A stretch of 64,000 nt of DNA from Ostreococcus lucimarinus (lineage: Eukaryota). Positions 41,517 to 51,583 of the stretch are shown piece after piece. The notes beneath the pieces are model-generated. The model saw only the letters and a list, made by a program, of their open reading frames with translations, was not told the origin of the DNA and did not search any database. The translations under genes and the position numbers were made by a program. Positions within the stretch are counted from its first letter, which is position 1. Every line of letters begins with the position of its first letter. The DNA lies in assembly GCA_000092065.1 (NCBI GenBank), contig CP000587.1. The stretch is one strand, 5' to 3'.

Positions 41517-41611
41517 CGCGCCGTGCGCGTCCGCGCGTCCGCGCGCGTCGCGACGGCGTGCGTTCGCGTCGCGCGCGTCGTCGTCGTTCGCGCGCCGCGG
41601 ACTCGTTCCGT

Positions 41612-41672
41612 CGCGTCGCGTCGCGTCGCGGAATGCCGTCTCGTCTCGTCTCGTCTCGTCTCGTCTCGTCTC
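41612..41672. repeat. Pentanucleotide microsatellites (GTCGC)4 followed by (GTCTC)7 in the 5' leader of the ankyrin gene
   Basis: Direct reading gives gtcgcgtcgcgtcgcgtcgcggaatgccgtctcgtctcgtctcgtctcgtctcgtctctcgg. Confidence 0.9.
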
Positions 41673-42117
41673 TCGGTCGCGCGCGCACCGGCGAAACGAC
41701 GTTCACACTTCCCGGCGCACCGGCGCGCGCCGGCGACGATGGACCTCGCGCGCGCGCGCGCGAGCGCGTACGAACGGTTACGATCGGTCGGGGCGTTTCG
41801 CGGCGACGACGCGACGCGTCGGGCGACGCGGGACGCGGACGACGCGATCGAGTGGATTCAAAAGTCATTCAGACAGCTCGAGACTTTGAGCGACGACGAC
41901 GAGGAGGAGGAGGAAGACGATGGACGCGCGGTGCGTCGCGCGTCGAACGCGTCGCGCGTCGCGCGGTTCGCGTTGGTGTTTTGGTACGAGAGCGTGCGCG
42001 TGCGAAAGGGAGCGCGCGCGAGGACGCGCGAGGGGTGACGTCGGGACGCCTTCGGGACGACAAACGTCGAGGACGAGGACGCGCTCGCGTCAGTGCGCGA
42101 CGACTCGCGATTTTCGT

Positions 42118-42649
42118 CGAGCGGGCTTCGATGATCGTTGATGTGCCTCGCGACGCGCGCGCGAAGACGCGCGCGTGGGCGGTGGTGATCGTCGCGTTCG
42201 TCTTCGCGTCGAGCGCGGCGGCGGGCGTTCGCGCGTCCGAGAGCGGCGTCGGCGGCGCGCCTTCGGCGCGACGGAGTCTCGTCGACGTCACGGGGGCCGC
42301 GTTCTTCGACGTGTTCGGCTTCGAGCTCAGCGCGAGCGCGGCGTTCGATCCGATTTGCGAGTTTCTGAATCCGTTCCTGCATCCAGACTATCGGTTATCG
42401 GCGTGCGCCGAAGAGCAAGCCGCCGCGGCGGAATACGAGGACGAATACGAGGCGTACGGCGAAGGACGCGATCGCATCGTGATGGATCCAGAGGGCACGT
42501 TCGTGAATGGGGTCACCGGGAACGTCGCCGGCGGTATCGGCGGCGGCGGTATCGGCGGCGTCGCGGGCGGATCCGCGGGCTTCATCGGCGGAGGTCTCGG
42601 CGGCGTCGGCGGCGGCGTCGGCGCCGGACCGATCGGACGCCGACTTTAG
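42118..42649 (+). CDS. Small secreted/signal-anchored glycine-rich protein
   Basis: An ATG at 42118 gives MIVDVPRDARAKTRAWAVVIVAFVFASSAAAGVRASE (hydrophobic signal-like segment) ... GNVAGGIGGGGIGGVAGGSAGFIGGGLGGVGGGVGAGPIGRRL. The upstream part of the track ORF (41456..42117) is low-complexity. Confidence 0.4.
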
Positions 42650-42799
42650 GACGGCGCGCGAAAAATTGTAAAACAGTGATTCTTTGTGTCATCAGCGCCG
42701 CGAACTTCGCCAAACGAAAATGTTAATCAGTTATTACACGAATGAATGTTGAGCTAAAAGCGAAGACGCAAGCGCGGGTGAAGCGGAAAAGGAAGTCTT

Positions 42800-44953
42800 T
42801 TACTTCGCTTCTTTTTCCTTTCTACTCGCGGCAAGCTCCGTTTGAATGGCCATGGGGACGGGCTCGTAGCGCGCAAGCTTCATGGAGTAGTTGGCGCGAC
42901 CCTTGGTCATGCCGCGCAACTTGGAGACGTAGTTGAACATTTCCGCGAGCGGCACGAACGCCTTGACCGTCTTCATGCCACCCGGCTTGTCGCCGAGCTC
43001 GTTGACGGCACCACGACGAGAGTTCAAGTCACCGATAACGTCACCCATGGATTCTTCCGGGGTGATGACATCAACCTCCATGACGGGCTCCAAAAGCTTC
43101 GGGGCGCACTTGGAGATGCCTTCTCTGAACGCGCCCTTGGCGGCGATTTCGAAAGCCATGACGGAGGAATCGACGTCGTGGTAAGAACCATCGAACAAGG
43201 TGGCGCGCAAGTCCACGACAGGGAAACCGGCGATGATACCAGAGCCCATCATTTGTTCCAAACCGCTCGCGACGCCCGGAATGTATTCCTTCGGCACGGT
43301 GCCACCCTTGATGTCGGTGGTGAACTCGAAACCGGAACCCGGTTCGAGCGGTTCAAACTTGATTTTAACCTCGGCGTATTGACCGGAACCACCAGACTGC
43401 TTCTTGTGCGTGTACTTGACTTCACCCGGCTTGGAGATAGATTCACGGTAGTTGACTTGCGGCGCGCCGACGTTGGCTTCAACCTTGAATTCGCGCTTGA
43501 GGCGATCGACGATGATGTCGAGGTGAAGCTCACCCATACCTTCGATGACGGTTTGGTTGGTTTCTTCGTCACGCGTGAAGTGGAAAGACGGATCTTCCTG
43601 CGCGAGCTTGATCAAACCGGTGGACATCTTTTCGACGTCAGCCTTGGTCTTCGGCTCGATGGCAACCTTGATAACGGGATCGGGGAACTCCATGCGTTCG
43701 AGGATAATTTGCTTTCCTTGGTCGCACAACGTGTCACCGGTGGTGGTGTCCTTGAGACCAGCGATGGCGACGATGTCACCAGTGCGCGCCACTTTGACGT
43801 CCTCACGCTCGTTCGCGTGCATCTCGAGGAGGCGACCGATGCGTTCCTTCTTACCCTTGACGGAGTTGTACGCGTAAGAGCCGGATTCGATGATGCCAGA
43901 GTACACGCGGGTGAAGGTGAGCGAACCGACGAACGGATCAGTCATGACCTTGAACGCCAACGCAGAGAGCGCTTCATCGTCATCCGCCTTGCGGGTGAGC
44001 TTCTTTTCGGCGTCATCGACGTCGGTACCTTGGACATCCGGGACATCCGTCGGCGCCGGCAAGTACGCGAGGACGGCGTCGAGCATCGGTTGGACACCCT
44101 TGTTCTTGAACGCGGAGCCGCACAACACCGGGACGAAGGAGAGAGAGCACGTGCCCTTACGGATGCACTTGACAATCTCTTCCTCGGTCGGTTCTTCACC
44201 TTCGAGGTACTTTTCCATGACGTCGTCGTCTTGCTCGACGGCCATTTCAATCATGTTGGCGCGCATCTCTTCAGCCTTCTCCTTGAGGTCGTCCGGAATT
44301 TCGACAACGTCCCAAGACGCGCCGAGCTCTTCACCCTTCCAGACGAGCGCCTTCATGGTGATGAGATCGACGACGCCGGCGAAGTCTTCTTCGGCGCCGA
44401 TCGGGATTTGGAGCGGGCACGGACGCGCGCCGAGGTTCTTGACAATCATGTCGATGGTGCGGAAGTAGTTGGCACCCATGCGATCCATCTTGTTCACGAA
44501 GCACAAACGTGGAACGTGGTACTTGTCGGCTTGGCGCCAGACGGTTTCGGATTGCGGTTCGACACCGGCGACGGAGTCGAAGAGGCAAATGGCGCCGTCG
44601 AGCACGCGAAGCGCGCGTTCAACTTCCAACGTGAAATCGACGTGACCAGGGGTATCGATGATGTTGATACGGTGATCGTTCCACGCGCACGTGGTCGCGG
44701 CGGACGTAATCGTGATACCGCGCTCTTGTTCTTGTTCCATCCAGTCCATCGTCGCCGCGCCTTCGTGCACTTCGCCGATTTTGTGCGAGCGACCGGTGTA
44801 GTACAACACGCGTTCCGTCGTCGTCGTCTTACCCGCATCGATGTGGGCCATGATACCGATGTTGCGGTACTTGTTCAACGGAATCTTCCGTGCTTCGGCT
44901 TCTTCGCCCTTGGCCGCGCGAACGACGTGGGTGCGTCGTTGCTGCTTTTGGTT
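42800..44953 (-). CDS. Elongation factor G, bacterial/plastid type (last exon; 5' exon(s) unresolved)
   Basis: [59 protein letters not shown] (plastid/bacterial-type motif [19 protein letters not shown]), with domains II-V through ...[12 protein letters not shown]. The track start is TTG. The reading frame continues upstream as [29 protein letters not shown] to a 3' splice site (CCGAACGCAG at 44955..44954, preceded by GACTGACGACG), then hits an in-frame stop. At least one upstream exon must therefore exist. Confidence 0.88.
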   Translation of the reverse strand, partial: NQKQQRRTHVVRAAKGEEAEARKIPLNKYRNIGIMAHIDAGKTTTTERVLYYTGRSHKIGEVHEGAATMDWMEQEQERGITITSAATTCAWNDHRINIIDTPGHVDFTLEVERALRVLDGAICLFDSVAGVEPQSETVWRQADKYHVPRLCFVNKMDRMGANYFRTIDMIVKNLGARPCPLQIPIGAEEDFAGVVDLITMKALVWKGEELGASWDVVEIPDDLKEKAEEMRANMIEMAVEQDDDVMEKYLEGEEPTEEEIVKCIRKGTCSLSFVPVLCGSAFKNKGVQPMLDAVLAYLPAPTDVPDVQGTDVDDAEKKLTRKADDDEALSALAFKVMTDPFVGSLTFTRVYSGIIESGSYAYNSVKGKKERIGRLLEMHANEREDVKVARTGDIVAIAGLKDTTTGDTLCDQGKQIILERMEFPDPVIKVAIEPKTKADVEKMSTGLIKLAQEDPSFHFTRDEETNQTVIEGMGELHLDIIVDRLKREFKVEANVGAPQVNYRESISKPGEVKYTHKKQSGGSGQYAEVKIKFEPLEPGSGFEFTTDIKGGTVPKEYIPGVASGLEQMMGSGIIAGFPVVDLRATLFDGSYHDVDSSVMAFEIAAKGAFREGISKCAPKLLEPVMEVDVITPEESMGDVIGDLNSRRGAVNELGDKPGGMKTVKAFVPLAEMFNYVSKLRGMTKGRANYSMKLARYEPVPMAIQTELAASRKEKEAK

Positions 44954-45000
44954 CTGCGTTCGGGACGAGCGTAATCAATCGCGCGCGTCGTCAGTCGTCT

Positions 45001-45115
45001 CGTCCCTCGCGCGCCGTCCTCGCGCGCCGTCCTCGCGCGCGTAAATTTCCCTCAACCATTTCCCCGCATCTCCGTCCCTCGCGCGCCGTCCTCGCGCGCC
45101 GCATCGCGCGACGCC
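45001..45115. repeat. GC-rich 12 to 13-bp direct repeats (CCGTCCTCGCGCG) in the EF-G 5' region
   Basis: Read directly: gtccctcgcgcgccgtcctcgcgcgccgtcctcgcgcgcg ... ctccgtccctcgcgcgccgtcctcgcgcgccgcatcgcgcg. Confidence 0.7.
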
Positions 45116-45690
45116 TCCCCCGACGCGCGAAGGGATAAGGCGGCCGCCGCCAGGGTGACGTCGAACGTCGCGCCCGTCCCCTCGCGCATCGCGCGCGCCC
45201 GCCCCCCTCCGCCGCCGCGCATCGCGCGCTCAAAATTATCCCGCCCCGTTTCGCCGCGCGCGCGCGCCGCCGCGCGTTCGCCGCGCCCGCGAAGCCCCCG
45301 CGCGCGCGCCGTCGAGGGTGACGTCGCATTCCCATCGTCGTCGTCGTCGCGCGTCGCGCGCGTCGTCGTCGCGTCGCGCGCGCGCGCGTCGCGCGTCGCG
45401 CGTCCGAAAATCGCCGCGCGCAAAACTCGCGCACCTCGGTGGATCGACGCACCGGCGAGGCGGCGTACGCGCATCGCGCGGTGGTCACGGAAGACGCCAC
45501 GGAAGACATCATTCGTTCGGTGCGGGGAGTGCGGCGCGCGGCGTCGCGCGCGCGCGCGGGCGGTCGGCGACCGACCGCGTCGTCGATAAAAAAGCATCGC
45601 GCGTCGTCGGCATCGTATTCGAGCGATGGTATCGTCACGATGCGTCGACCACGCGCGAGGTAAAAAAAGCGGCACATCTCCATAAGAAAA

Positions 45691-45706
45691 TGACGTGCCT
45701 ACGTCA
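45691..45706. promoter_or_regulatory. CRE/ACGT-core palindrome TGACGTGCCTACGTCA (candidate bZIP-factor site)
   Basis: Inverted TGACGT half-sites separated by 4 bp in an AT-richer patch (aaaaaaagcggcacatctccataagaaaaTGACGTGCCTACGTCAcgttcgtattcaag). It lies between the EF-G 5' region and the thioesterase gene. Confidence 0.3.
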
Positions 45707-45902
45707 CGTTCGTATTCAAGCGCGCGCCGACCCAGTTCGCGTACGCGACCGCGCGTCGCGTACGGGTCGTCGGCCCGCAGAGCGCGCGTTCGCGGCGCGA
45801 CGACGACGACGGGCGACGCGCGCGCGCGACGCTCGACGCACGCGCGACGCGCGCGCGGCGCGACGGCGCGCGCGGTGATCGCGGTGATCGCGGCGGTGTG
45901 CG

Positions 45903-45934
<32 letters not shown>

Positions 45935-46072
45935 GCGACGGCGATCGGCGCGGCGCGCGCGGCGTCGACGCGGGCGGTTCGGTACGGCGCGCGACGCGAC
46001 GTCGGGGGTGAGGGACGACTCGGGACGACGCGCGCGCGCGCGAGCTCGAGCTCGGTGGACGACGCGCGCGCG

Positions 46073-46753
46073 ATGGCGTCGTACCCGGCGCCGATCGTCG
46101 TCGAACCGCGGGGAGGCGACGCGAACGCGGCGATGATTCTGTTGCACGGATTGGGCGACACCGGACGCGGATGGGCGGGCGCGGCGGGGCAGATTCCCAC
46201 GCCAGCGGGCGCGCACGTGCGATGGGTGTTTCCGACGGCGAAAACGATGCCGGTGACGCTGAACGGAGGGATGCGCATGACGGCGTGGTTCGATTTGAAC
46301 GCGTTGGACGAACGCTCCATCGTGGACGACAGAGGCGAAATCGACGCGTCGGTTGAATATTTGAACGCGTTGGTGCGAGAGCAGATGGATAAAGGAATTC
46401 CGAGCGAGAAAATTATGATCGGCGGGTTCTCGCAGGGCGGCGCGATCGCGCTGACGGCGGCGTTGCGGTCGGAGGTGAAGCTCGCGGGGTGCGTGGCGAT
46501 GTCGACGTATCTTCCGTTGCGCGCCGATTACCCGGACAGGTTCGGCGCGCACGCCAAGAGTTTGAAGATTTTTCAAGCGCACGGAACGAGCGACATGGTG
46601 TTGCAATACTCGTACGGAAAAATGTCCGCGGAATTGATGCAAGCGGCGGGCGTCGATGTTGATTTTAAGACGTACAACGGGATGGCGCACAGCGCGTGCG
46701 CCGAGGAATTCGACGACGTCGCCGACTTCTTGAAAGCCAGGCTGGCTGGATGA
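46073..46753 (+). CDS. Phospholipase/carboxylesterase-family hydrolase (acyl-protein thioesterase/lysophospholipase-like)
   Basis: An ATG at about 46073 gives MASYPAPIVVEPRGGDANAAMILLHGLGDTGRGWAG...IGGFSQGGAIALTAAL (GxSxG)...FQAHGTSDMVLQYSYGKMS...YNGMAHSACAEE (catalytic His). The track ORF start (45695, GTG) is spurious. Confidence 0.75.
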   Translation: MASYPAPIVVEPRGGDANAAMILLHGLGDTGRGWAGAAGQIPTPAGAHVRWVFPTAKTMPVTLNGGMRMTAWFDLNALDERSIVDDRGEIDASVEYLNALVREQMDKGIPSEKIMIGGFSQGGAIALTAALRSEVKLAGCVAMSTYLPLRADYPDRFGAHAKSLKIFQAHGTSDMVLQYSYGKMSAELMQAAGVDVDFKTYNGMAHSACAEEFDDVADFLKARLAG

Positions 46754-46848
46754 TGTTTTTCTTCTAACTTTTGTGAAATATTCATGATCAATGGCATGAG
46801 CTACTACGTCTATCACGTCCTAATCTGTTTCTAATCTAGTGCGCCGCG

Positions 46849-48492
46849 CTATTTTTTCTCCTCCGCCTTGACCGACTCCTCGATCGAGCCGCTCCTGTCG
46901 TCGTGCATGCACCAATCCGGAATGAGCACGTAAATGAGCGGTATGGAGAAGAGTGGTAAGATGATACCGCATACGATCAACAAAGGGATGAGTTGGTCGA
47001 AGTTGCAGTGGCCGTGCACCAAGTCGGTGTGGATTCCCACAAACGTCATCGACGCCGACCCGAGCGTGAGCGCCACGCCCGAGGCGACGTTCACCACCCC
47101 GGCGAGCAGGGTGTACATCGTACACGATACTTCTTTGTCTACGATCTTCGACAGCACCGCATTCGCTGGCATGTACGTCAAAACATACGCGATTCCCTCG
47201 ATGATGCCCTCGCCCATGACGTACGCGCTGCGATCGTCGATGCCCATGGCGATGTTCCAGCGCAAGATGATCCATATATCCCCCAGCTTGGCGATCACCT
47301 TCGTGAGCGCGCACGCGAGAAATACGCTGCGTATTTTCGAACGACTCAAATATTTCTGAAAGAGCCAGATGCCGATCATTTGCGCCCCGAGGGAGAAAAG
47401 AAAGGTGGTGACGCTGTAAAACACGTAGCTAAAGTGCGGGCCATCGGGCACGCACTTGGCGCCTTCGGTGTACCAGTACGTCTTTGCCTGCCTCACGTTC
47501 ACGCCGAGAACGCGATCGACGGCGACATAAATGAGTAAGCAAGCCTCATCCCGCTCCAAATGCGCGTACACGACTCCCGTCATGATGAGCAAGATGCCGA
47601 AACAAGTCGAGACGCAAAGCGCGAGATCCGTCTCAAACGCGTCTACGAGTTGCATGCTGACCACCCCGACGGAAGCGAGGGTGATGGTAACGGTCACGAC
47701 GAACACGTTCCAATACTTCTTCGCGAGCGCGTGCGCGTTGAAATCACTCCCCACGCGCTCTTCCGGTAACAACCCGTACGCGGTGGTGAACGCAAACTGC
47801 GCCACGAAAGGCGTCACGAGCCAAAATATAAGCTTATAATCGCCTCGCGACAACCCGATGTACGCCAACAGCGTCCCGAAGATGCTCCCCACAGTAGCCA
47901 CGGTCCAGCTATACGTCATTAAATCCCCACCGATCCGTTGCACCTCGGACATCGCCTCGAACACCCTCGCTCCCGCGAGCGAGTCCCCAAACGCCAACAG
48001 CATGTTCGTCGCCAACACAAATACTGTGTACCACGTCGCGTCGTCGGACGAGAACGTCTTCGTCGCAAGAACTATGATCGCAACTAGCCCCGTGACGGCG
48101 AACGTGGCGAGATAGTACCTCTTGCGATACCCAAATACCGGCGTCGTGTCCGTCACCATGCCCATGAATGGCTTCAACATCCAAGGAAAGCTCACGAGAA
48201 CTTCGAAGCGCTGGAACGCCTGCGCGGAGAATTTCAGGTACCGCTGCGCGTACGGCAGCGAAGTGGTGCTGATCATGTGCTTCGCCGCGCCCTTGACGAA
48301 GAAATCGGCGGAGAACACGAACGCGAGGAGTTGCCAGCCGAACACCCCGCGCAGGCGCTCGTGAAAGGCGACGACGTCGGACAGCGGTGCGCACGACGCT
48401 CGCGCGCTCGCGGACGCCGCCGACGATGGATCATCGTCGTCGGCACGTACACGCGCGCCGCGCGCGTCGTCGTCGCGCTTGGACGTCGCCAT
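46849..48492 (-). CDS. Folate-biopterin transporter (FBT/BT1) family MFS transporter, copy 1 of a tandem pair
   Basis: A 547-aa, 12-TM protein. The BT1 signature region is LPYAQRYLKFSAQAFQRFEVLVSFPWMLKPFMGMVTDTTPVFGYRKRYY. It is paralogous along its whole length to the adjacent gene 48605..50305. Confidence 0.7.
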   Translation of the reverse strand: MATSKRDDDARGARVRADDDDPSSAASASARASCAPLSDVVAFHERLRGVFGWQLLAFVFSADFFVKGAAKHMISTTSLPYAQRYLKFSAQAFQRFEVLVSFPWMLKPFMGMVTDTTPVFGYRKRYYLATFAVTGLVAIIVLATKTFSSDDATWYTVFVLATNMLLAFGDSLAGARVFEAMSEVQRIGGDLMTYSWTVATVGSIFGTLLAYIGLSRGDYKLIFWLVTPFVAQFAFTTAYGLLPEERVGSDFNAHALAKKYWNVFVVTVTITLASVGVVSMQLVDAFETDLALCVSTCFGILLIMTGVVYAHLERDEACLLIYVAVDRVLGVNVRQAKTYWYTEGAKCVPDGPHFSYVFYSVTTFLFSLGAQMIGIWLFQKYLSRSKIRSVFLACALTKVIAKLGDIWIILRWNIAMGIDDRSAYVMGEGIIEGIAYVLTYMPANAVLSKIVDKEVSCTMYTLLAGVVNVASGVALTLGSASMTFVGIHTDLVHGHCNFDQLIPLLIVCGIILPLFSIPLIYVLIPDWCMHDDRSGSIEESVKAEEKK

Positions 48493-48604
48493 CGCGCGTC
48501 GATGACTGCGGGCGCGATGGTGTTGGAGCGTCGGTCGACGCGCGGGCGCGGACTCTAGACTTGGTACGACTATCTAATGTTATCCATTAATCCGATCTAT
48601 GTGT

Positions 48605-50305
48605 CTAAGTGGATTTCGCTAAGAGTGGTACGCGCTCGGTGGGCGCTTCGTTGGCGTCGTCGGCCGAGCTCGCGACGGCTTTACCCGTGTCCAGGTCGAC
48701 GACGTCCTGCATATTAATGTTCGGGACGAAGACGAAGGTGAGGGGGATGGAAACCAACGGAAGGAGCATGCCGCAGTAAAACACCAGGCTGGGTAAGCCT
48801 GAGAAGTCGCACGCACCGCCTTCGCCCGAGGTGAGGTCGGTTTTAATCCCCGCTACGTCCATGGCGAAGACGCCGAGCGCGCTCGAGAGCGAGTAGCCGA
48901 GGTTGTTGAAGCTCGCCAAGATGGCAAACATCGTCGCCTCCATATTCTCTGGACACATCTTCGACATCAAAACCATGCTCGGCATGGATGCCATCATCCC
49001 AACCATCGGTTCCAACACGGTGTCGCCGATCAAGTAGAACGCCTTGTCCGATAATCCGACGCGAAGGTTCCAGCGCTTGACGATGCAGTAATCGGAGATG
49101 CTCGCCATGGAGCTCAAAATCGCCGACACCCAAAACGTCACTCGCACGTTGGCGTTTGAAAAGAACACTTGAAATAAGTACACACCAATGGCGGTACAAA
49201 TGCGCGCGATGATTGACGTGTACACGGAGAAAAAGAGATAATCAAAGTGCGGCCCGCCCGGGTTGCACTTTTCATCCACCGTGAACCAGTAACTCATCGC
49301 GCTTCCGAACGACACGCTCAGCACGCTGGTGAGAAACAGAAAGAATGTGACGTTGGCGATGGATCTCGGCAACGCGACGTAAATCGACACGCTCAACACG
49401 AGGGTAATCCCGAACGAAATGGCTAAATCTACATACTTGTTCTCTGGCTGCAAAAATTGCACGACGCCGAGAAGCAAACACATCGACGCCATGAAAATCG
49501 ACATCACGAACACCCTCCAGTTCTCGTTCCACAGCTCTTTCCCATACACCTTCCTCGATCCACTCTCAGCCTCGTTTTCCGCGCGCTCGTCTCTTGGCAC
49601 GACCTTTTCCTCCGGAAGCCATCCCGCGAGCGACGTGTACACCGCCTGCCCGCTCAGCGGCACCGCGATCCACATCAACGACCGATACGCCTCGTACTTG
49701 ATGGAAAAAAAGCTACACGCCGTGGCGAAAACGGACCCAAACGTGATGCACATCCACACGTAACTCACCATATCGCTCGACTTCGTCGGGTGCTCCCGCA
49801 TGCGCTCGGTGTACTTGCCCTCCGTCAGCAAATCCGCCGTCGCCACTTGAAAATTAATCGCCACCAAGCCGAGGACGTACCACGCCCCCATCCCCGGTTT
49901 GAATTCAACGACGGCCAAGTACACCAGCGCCGCGCATCCGAGCGCGCTGGAGATGGCGATGTAATATCGCTTGTGATACCCTCCGATTGGAAACAAATCC
50001 GAAATCATCCCCACGAGCGGTTTCACCGTCCACGGAAACATCGCCACGATGCCGTATCGCTGCATCTCCTCCGCGGTGAACTTCAGGTACTTTTGCGAGT
50101 ACGGCAGCGCCGCCGTGCTGACGAGCTGCATGAGCGCGCCCTTGAGTCCGAACGCGACGGAGAATATGAACACCAAAAGATTTCGTCCGTACGTCGCGCG
50201 AAGCGTGCGCAGCAGCGTCGCGGGATTACCGACGCCGCGCGCCGCGCGCGCCGTCGTCGACGGTTTCGCGTCGTCGTTTTCACCGCTCTCGCCCGGCGTC
50301 GCCAT
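48605..50305 (-). CDS. Folate-biopterin transporter (FBT/BT1) family MFS transporter, copy 2 of a tandem pair
   Basis: A 566-aa protein with LPYSQKYLKFTAEEMQRYGIVAMFPWTVKPLVGMISDLFPIGGYHKRYY. Same orientation as copy 1, with a 112-bp spacer. Confidence 0.7.
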   Translation of the reverse strand: MATPGESGENDDAKPSTTARAARGVGNPATLLRTLRATYGRNLLVFIFSVAFGLKGALMQLVSTAALPYSQKYLKFTAEEMQRYGIVAMFPWTVKPLVGMISDLFPIGGYHKRYYIAISSALGCAALVYLAVVEFKPGMGAWYVLGLVAINFQVATADLLTEGKYTERMREHPTKSSDMVSYVWMCITFGSVFATACSFFSIKYEAYRSLMWIAVPLSGQAVYTSLAGWLPEEKVVPRDERAENEAESGSRKVYGKELWNENWRVFVMSIFMASMCLLLGVVQFLQPENKYVDLAISFGITLVLSVSIYVALPRSIANVTFFLFLTSVLSVSFGSAMSYWFTVDEKCNPGGPHFDYLFFSVYTSIIARICTAIGVYLFQVFFSNANVRVTFWVSAILSSMASISDYCIVKRWNLRVGLSDKAFYLIGDTVLEPMVGMMASMPSMVLMSKMCPENMEATMFAILASFNNLGYSLSSALGVFAMDVAGIKTDLTSGEGGACDFSGLPSLVFYCGMLLPLVSIPLTFVFVPNINMQDVVDLDTGKAVASSADDANEAPTERVPLLAKST

Positions 50306-50510
50306 GACGACCGCGCGCGGCGAGCGCGTCCCGATGTGATGACGCCCGCGTGCGGGGTGTTGCGCGCGCGCTTCGCGCGCCGAGTCGAGGTCGACGGCGA
50401 GAAGGCACGATTCGGCGCGGCGCGATTCGACGCGGCGCGGTGTTGATGATAAAACTACGTCGCGCGAACGTTCGCGCGAGGACGCGACGGCGCCGTCGCG
50501 CCGGACTAGA

Positions 50511-51326
50511 CTAGACGGTGAAGAAGAGCCGCGCCAAGCCGCGCAGGTAGTCGACGATTTCGCTCGCCCCGAGCTTGCTCTCGCCGTACACGCGATCGAC
50601 GAACGCGATCGGGACCTCGCCCACGGTGTACCCCGCCTTCTTCGCCCTGTATATGATCTCCATCTGAAACGCGTACCCCCGCGACGTCGACCGCGCGACC
50701 AAATCCTCGAACGCGTCTCGTCGATAGCACCGAAAGCTCCCCGTCAAGTCGCTCGCGCCCGGATTCAGCGCCGCCTTGGCGATGTAATTCGCCACCATCG
50801 ACGTCAACTTTCGCCTTAAATCCCACCCGCACACCCCCCCCCCGAGCGCGTACCGCGTCCCGCTCACGACGTCCAACTTTTCTCTTCGCCTCTTCGTCAA
50901 CATCTCGGAAATGTACTTTGGATGATGGCTCAAATCCGCATCCATGACGACCACCTCGCGTCCTCGCGCGCGTCGCAGCCCGTGCGCGTACGCCGTCCCG
51001 AGCCCTAATTTCCGCCCCCGTTCGCACAGCACCAAAAACGCGTCCTCGTGCGCGTCTCGCAGCGCGCGCACGACGTCCGCCGTCCCATCCGGCGACCCAT
51101 CGTCGACGACGACGATCTCCCATCGCCCGCGGTCGTCGTCGAACGCGGCCTCGGCTTCGCGCGCGAGGTGGTACAGCGTCGCGATGTTCATGCGCTCGTC
51201 GTACGTCGGGACGATGATGGACACGGCGACGGCGTCGGCGCGGGGTCGCGTCGTCGTCGAGCGCGCCATCGGTGTATCGTCGACGCGTCGACGCGTCGTG
51301 GATTCATCATTTCGCGTCATCAGCAT
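50511..51326 (-). CDS. DPM1: Dolichol-phosphate mannosyltransferase catalytic subunit DPM1 (GT2)
   Basis: VSIIVPTYDERMNIA...VVDDGSPDGT...LGLGTAYAHG...DADLSHHP...VSGTRY...DLTGSFRCYRR...VDRVYGESKLG. Collinear with human DPM1. The track ORF starts with GTG at 51386; the first ATG is at about 51326 (MLMTRNDE...) and the alternative is the ATG at about 51269 (MARSTTT...). Confidence 0.85.
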   Translation of the reverse strand: MLMTRNDESTTRRRVDDTPMARSTTTRPRADAVAVSIIVPTYDERMNIATLYHLAREAEAAFDDDRGRWEIVVVDDGSPDGTADVVRALRDAHEDAFLVLCERGRKLGLGTAYAHGLRRARGREVVVMDADLSHHPKYISEMLTKRRREKLDVVSGTRYALGGGVCGWDLRRKLTSMVANYIAKAALNPGASDLTGSFRCYRRDAFEDLVARSTSRGYAFQMEIIYRAKKAGYTVGEVPIAFVDRVYGESKLGASEIVDYLRGLARLFFTV

Positions 51327-51351
51327 CCGTCCCGGGCAGTCACGGGGAGTG

Positions 51352-51365
51352 TAGGGTTTAGGGTT
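51352..51365 (+). promoter_or_regulatory. Telomere-like motif TAGGGTTTAGGGTT (two TTTAGGG units) just upstream of the DPM1 start, in the DPM1/BRCT divergent promoter
   Basis: Read directly as ggagtgTAGGGTTTAGGGTTgacg. It is in the opposite orientation to the CCCTAAA copy at 10274. Confidence 0.45.
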
Positions 51366-51414
51366 GACGCGCGCGGGTGTTTTCACACGCCACCAGATGC
51401 GTGTTTCGCGCTAA

Positions 51415-51485
51415 GTAGTTTGGGTCCGCTTTAGTGGTATTTGGATCCGTTATAGTGCCATCTTGGGTCCGCCCTCAGTGGTCGT
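51415..51485. repeat. Degenerate roughly 22-bp tandem repeat x3 (TTGGGTCCGCTTTAGTGG-like) in the DPM1/BRCT bidirectional promoter
   Basis: The three units are agTTTGGGTCCGCTTTAGTGGta / TTTGGATCCGTTATAGTGcca / tcTTGGGTCCGCCCTCAGTGGtc. The region has locally reduced GC. Confidence 0.7.
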
Positions 51486-51583
51486 CCGCGACTCCCGCGC
51501 AGGGGACGGAGCGCGCGGGACGTTCGACGCACGCAATGGCCGCGGGACGTTGACGCATTCATTCGCGCGCGCGTCACACCGCG

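Noticed and set aside
41740-42038. A 99-codon ATG ORF (MDLARARASAYERLRSVGAFRGDD...AIEWIQKSFRQLETLSDDDEEEEEDDG...) upstream of the glycine-rich gene.
   Set aside because: No recognisable domain, and it lies within a GC-rich leader. It cannot be distinguished from a chance ORF or uORF without transcript or conservation data, so it is not listed as a feature.
38952-51326. Dolichol kinase and DPM1 in the same window read as a dolichol-pathway gene cluster.
   Set aside because: They are 10 kb apart with eight unrelated genes between them in a eukaryotic genome. Co-location is most likely coincidental.
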